The notes beneath the pieces were generated by a model. It was not told the origin of the DNA and did not search any database. It was given only the letters and a program-made list of their open reading frames with translations. Both the position numbers and the translations under genes were made by a program. This document shows positions 59,269-64,000 of a stretch of 64,000 bases of DNA, in pieces. Positions within the stretch are counted from its first letter, which is position 1; each line of letters starts with the position of its first letter. The DNA comes from Antedon mediterranea (lineage: Eukaryota > Animalia > Echinodermata): the NCBI RefSeq assembly GCF_964355755.1, contig NC_092671.1, positions 1,178,001-1,242,000 on the forward strand, in the 5' to 3' direction.

Positions 59269-62200
59269 ATGGCATCTAATTTAGCTGCAGCTACAGCGAA
59301 TGTCCTCCCTATTACAGGTAAATATTCATTGCAAAATTATTTTAGTTTCTCAATGCCTGTACCGAGCCTAAGCAATAAAGTACTCAGCAGACAGTAGGCC
59401 CAACTAAGTAGGCCTACAGTAGGCTAACTAAATTAAGCATTGTATATACTTCCGCCTGTATATGCTTCCCTCTCCCCCATTCAAATAAAAACTAAACTTC
59501 TCACTAATATGAAAAGTGTATGATGTGTAGATGAAGAGTAGGAAGTAAATAAATGAACATATTTATTCTTGTTTTTCTGTGCTTCCATAGTATTTTATTT
59601 TTATTAACTTGTTGTCTTGCGTTACCTGTTTGTTTTGTCTTGTTTTGTTTTCTGTTTCTTCAAACTTCAATATGATTACAACTTCTTAACTGGCTACCCG
59701 TCACAAGTTTTTTTGGAGGGAAACCTCCAAATGTTATTACTTTCTGGGTTTCTGCCTCTTAATTATTTATATTTAAATTGTTATTTTGTTTACTTTGAAA
59801 GATAAGAAATAAATGTTATTATGAATGAAAAGTAGGGAGAGATAGGATCGGAGAATATAGCACCTGAATGTCCAGACACTAGCAATGTTCTCGCACTTTG
59901 CAATTAAAAATAAATTAAATGTTTTATTTTGTTCTTCAGAAATATTCGGCCAAGGCGATCATGAATTCAACACTTTTAGGTAAGAGTACAACTTATTGCA
60001 TTTAGTTCTAGAATAATGGTAGGCTTTTCAAATGTGTTGTCATATCTAATTGATTGTTGTCGCACGTCCCTCCAAAACTCGCACGTCCCTCCCAAACTCG
60101 CACGTCACTCCCAAACTCGCACGTCACTTCCAAACCCTTGAAAATCCTGTCAAAAGTAAACTGTTAAAAGCCAAATGAATTATATATTGTAATGTATATA
60201 AAACGGCCAATAAAATGCGGTGTAATGTATTTATCAGACATCTGTTTGCACTTCACGTAGTAAAACTATCATCGCTTTTACGATAGCAATTGTAAAGCTG
60301 CCACAGAAGATTAAATGTACTGTACAATGATATATTTACAAATTGGATTAAATACTTCTGTTGTTGCGCAGATTTGACAGAACTGGTTTTTGTTTAAATT
60401 AAACTAATTCACAATCATAAACGGTGTTTAATTCCAACATTTTTTGTGTAATTCATGGTATTGGTGAGTTTCAGGACAGTAGACCGTAATTTAGAAATCA
60501 ATCAGTTTATGTGTAATCCCAGTATATCCAATATCAGCACTCTAAATTTTTATGTTAATATTTTTGTTTATGTTTATAGTATTTTTAACGAATTTATAAA
60601 ATATGACTATGTCTATTTCTAATAATTAGATTTCTAAATAATTCCTAATTTTCCTACCATTATAATAAAATCCCCCCGAGTCACTATAACAAGCCAAGAT
60701 CCAAACGACCATAAATTCTTCAATTAACTTTACTTTGTTCGTCGGGATAAACTTACAATTAAACTGTTTTTTTTGTTGTTGTGTGTATAATGACAATTTT
60801 TAATGAATCATTTTACTTTGAAAACTTGGAGCATTCAAATGCTTTGTGTTTTAGTTTTGTAAATTAAGGTTTTTTTCATCGTCTGCCGCAGTACTTTTTT
60901 TCTATGCTTAAGTGCGGTGCTTATAATATATATTATTCTGTTTCTTTTTTGCGTGTGAATGAAACTTTAATCATCTATTTTGGACAGACTACTAGTAATT
61001 ATAGATTGTGTCTGCCTCACTGCCTGGTTCCTTGGTTTTAGCAGTTCCCTTCTCCCAAAATTAAATTAAGTAAATCTAAAAAATATTGATATCATTTCTT
61101 GATGGTTGAATTCATGTAGGAAATGTTTAATTGCATAAAACATTTACAAATTGATTTGTTTTTGTCAATAACAGCATCGAATGTTTAAATAAATTAAATA
61201 CACATACATTTACACATTTTTGTTATTATTTTGAAAAGGTTTTCCTCACCCACATTATTAAAGGCAAACCTTCTTGTAGCCTGGTCATAGTTTAGTATGT
61301 ACAGTATGTATGTACAGTATGTATGTACAGTAAGTATGTACAGTATGTATGTACAGTATGTATGTACAGTATGTATGTACAGTAAGTATGTACAGTATGT
61401 ATGTACAGTATGTATGTACAGTAAGTATGTACAGTATGTATGTACAGTATGTATGTACAGTATGTATGTACAGTATGTATGTACAGTATGTATGTACAGT
61501 ATGTATGTACAGTATGTATGTACAGTATGTATGTACAGTATGTATGTACAGTATGTATGTACAGTATGTATGTACAGTATGTATACTAACATAATTTCAC
61601 TGATGTATGTGCCTTACTGTTAATTAGTTGTCTCATTTACAAGACATTGACAAATTAACAAATAGAACTTTAATCAATCATTATGAATGAATTTAAACAT
61701 TGAGGAAAAAGTTTTAACATAGGAATTATTGATTTTAACTCGTTTACATTAATGTACAATGGCTGAAAAAGATTGAATGTATTTTTTTAATTTCCTGTTA
61801 GATAATAACTGTCAATGTTGTAACATAGTTTTTAGTAAACAATTCAATCTAAAACATTATATCATATTAAAAAATCATTATGTCCGGATACAAGTATTAA
61901 AACTAGTAGAAGGCCAATTTATATTTTCATAAAAAACAAGACAAAAAAAAATGTACGGTAATTACGGCTTGTATTTTTATATCTCAAACTGACTTCATAT
62001 TTCATATAATGGCAAAAGTTAAACATTGTCATAAAATCATCTTATGACTTTGACATTTAAATGACAATTTTAACTTTCTCAAGGTCTTTAAATAGTAAGC
62101 TGCTTCATTAGAAGGCTTGTCAAGGTTTGTCTGGAATTATATGATAAAAAAAAAACATGATGGCTTAAGATATCAAAAAAATGTTAGATAGATTTTAAGC

Positions 62201-63739
62201 GTGTAAAGTACTTATTTGACTATCTATTGTTTATGAAGATCAACATATCTACTCTATTTTATTTAGAGAACCATGTGAAGTAATGAATTATACACAGGAG
62301 TTAAAAAACATTTTTATTAACATTTTCAAAAAAATAAAAAAAAAACCTAAATATACATATAAATTGATATGCAGTATATCAGTTATATGACGGCTATCAC
62401 TAGATATTGATGGACAATATTGATATTGTTGTTTTAGGCCATAGAATATTTTTTAAACAAGCTTAAAAATGTGTTATAAAAAAATTTAAAAATGATACCG
62501 ATTGTAAAATATATACTATGGATGTACCATATGCATACTGTATATTTATATATGGACTGGTTCAAACATTTGGTACCGATATTAATATTGTATGATGATA
62601 AATATATATATTAAAAAAGAGACAATAAAGGTGGGTTACTCCCACGAAAGACAAAAAGAAAATCTAATCTATTAATAACCTAATGTCATTAAAGGATATA
62701 AATAATATCAACAACATGATATTAACAATAATATTAACAATGGTATCAATAATGGTATCAATAATTTGTATTGAAAGTGTATAATTTTTTATTTTTTTTA
62801 ACCTATTAATATGATATGAATACTATCAATAATGGTATCAACAATGATATCAATACTGGTATCAATAATGTTATCAATATTTTTATCATTAATGATATCA
62901 ACAATGGTATCAATAATTTTAATTGAAACTGTATAAGAACTTAACATTTAATTTAAAATACTAATACGATATGAGTACTGTATCAATATGTTATCAATAA
63001 CGATATCAATAATGATAAAAATAATTGTTATTGGAACTTTATAAGAACTTGAAATGTTTATTTAACCTATTAATATGATATGATATCAATAATATTAATG
63101 ATATCAACTTGATATGCTTTAACGCATCAGAAATTTGACAGTTGACAGTAGATTGCAGTAAGCTGACTAAACCATCGCCAGGATTTATAAATTTAATTTC
63201 TGTATGTGAAATTGAATGAGTTCAGTAATGAAAAAAATTGTACAATAAATACAATAAATGAAATAAGCTACAAAATCATAAGAATATCATCTGAATATTA
63301 TCATTATTGATATCATTCACCATCATTATCATCATTATCATCATTATCATCAATATAATCATCAATATAAAGATGATCATTGTCATCGACACTAATATTA
63401 TTCTCATATTTCATAAGAGATTCATGTAGCTGAAGCGCAATCACTTTGTGTAAACTTATCGATATTTACACTCCATAAATTATTCATGATTGGTAAATTG
63501 CAGATAAGGTCTTCTTCATATCATTGTAATAGGTATATTTAATATTGGTACCGATGACTAGTTTTTTCGGGATAATTATTTCTAGGCTGTATCATTTTAA
63601 CTTAGGATTCTAGTTATCTAGTTACAATAATAGATCACTACACTAATTTATATACAATATAAAAATATTATTCATATCACACCACAGTGATCCTAATCAA
63701 TTCCAACTTTGCTACAAGAATATTATTGGTGAGGCACAG
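59269..63739 (+). CDS. 5' exons of an unidentified gene (MASNLAAATANVLPITEIFGQGDHEFNTFSDPNQFQLCYKNIIGEAQ...)
   Basis: Kozak gccATGG; exon 59269-59317 (G|gtaaat); exon 59940-59979 (ttcttcag| ... |gtaaga); candidate third exon 63688-63739 (cacag| ... CAG|gtaaaa). Phases join without stops; the third exon is less certain. Confidence 0.55.
60059..60135. repeat. 19-bp tandem repeat x4
   Basis: Variants of tcgcacgtccctcccaaac. Confidence 0.8.
61294..61584. repeat. 13-bp minisatellite x about 22
   Basis: Unit cagtatgtatgta. Confidence 0.93.
62710..63380. repeat. Degenerate ATC/AAT-rich low-complexity repeats
   Basis: Runs like atcaataatggt and atcattatc. Confidence 0.6.
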
Positions 63740-64000
63740 GTAAAAAAGAAAACTTGAGACAACATTAACTAACACAAGTCAAATGAACTGTGCATTGTAC
63801 ATGCAACAAACATGTTTCATAAACATTTGTTTCACATCTTCAGTGTTTGCACTCATCCAACTGTTAAAGTTTTGCAAATTAAAGGACACGTCAAAACATA
63901 CCTCCTTTATTAAGGACGAACTGATAGGTAATCCTTGTGAACACAAAATTGTCAAGACCAATGACAAAAGAAGCATGACTTGTGCTAGACATGCCCAAAG

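Noticed and set aside
62267-62350. Alternative third exon for the divergent gene (REPCEVMNYTQE...)
   Set aside because: No good donor and it runs into poly-A-like sequence; 63688-63739 has both splice sites.
63779-63976. Minus-strand ORF with a hydrophobic, signal-peptide-like start
   Set aside because: No convincing downstream exon; it is at the window edge and probably inside an intron of the plus-strand gene. Cannot be supported.

Overview
AT-rich, intron-rich animal genomic DNA; an invertebrate, and an echinoderm-like origin is only a guess from repeat style. Three genes are present. (1) The 3' part of a CELF3-6/Bruno-like RNA-binding protein gene on + (2763-11865, RRM2-linker-RRM3), with an apparently duplicated linker exon and a probable 3'-UTR intron. 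(2) A complete UTP20 gene on - (58996-19538, about 55 coding exons). (3) The start of an unidentified gene transcribed divergently from UTP20 (ATG at 59269). UTP20 introns hold three paralogous copies of a box H/ACA snoRNA that the ORF track cannot show, many unrelated minisatellites (two of which multiply a 5' splice site) and several non-autonomous DNA transposons. Intron 1 holds a nested stack: an 8-bp-TSD element containing a young DIRS1-type tyrosine-recombinase retrotransposon (identical ITRs, ICR, intact RT/RNase H/MT and YR ORFs, broken gag) and a Tc2-like MITE. Between the convergent CELF and UTP20 3' ends lies a chain of palindromic repeats with a Harbinger-like insertion. All calls come from reading the sequence by eye; homologies are recalled, not searched.
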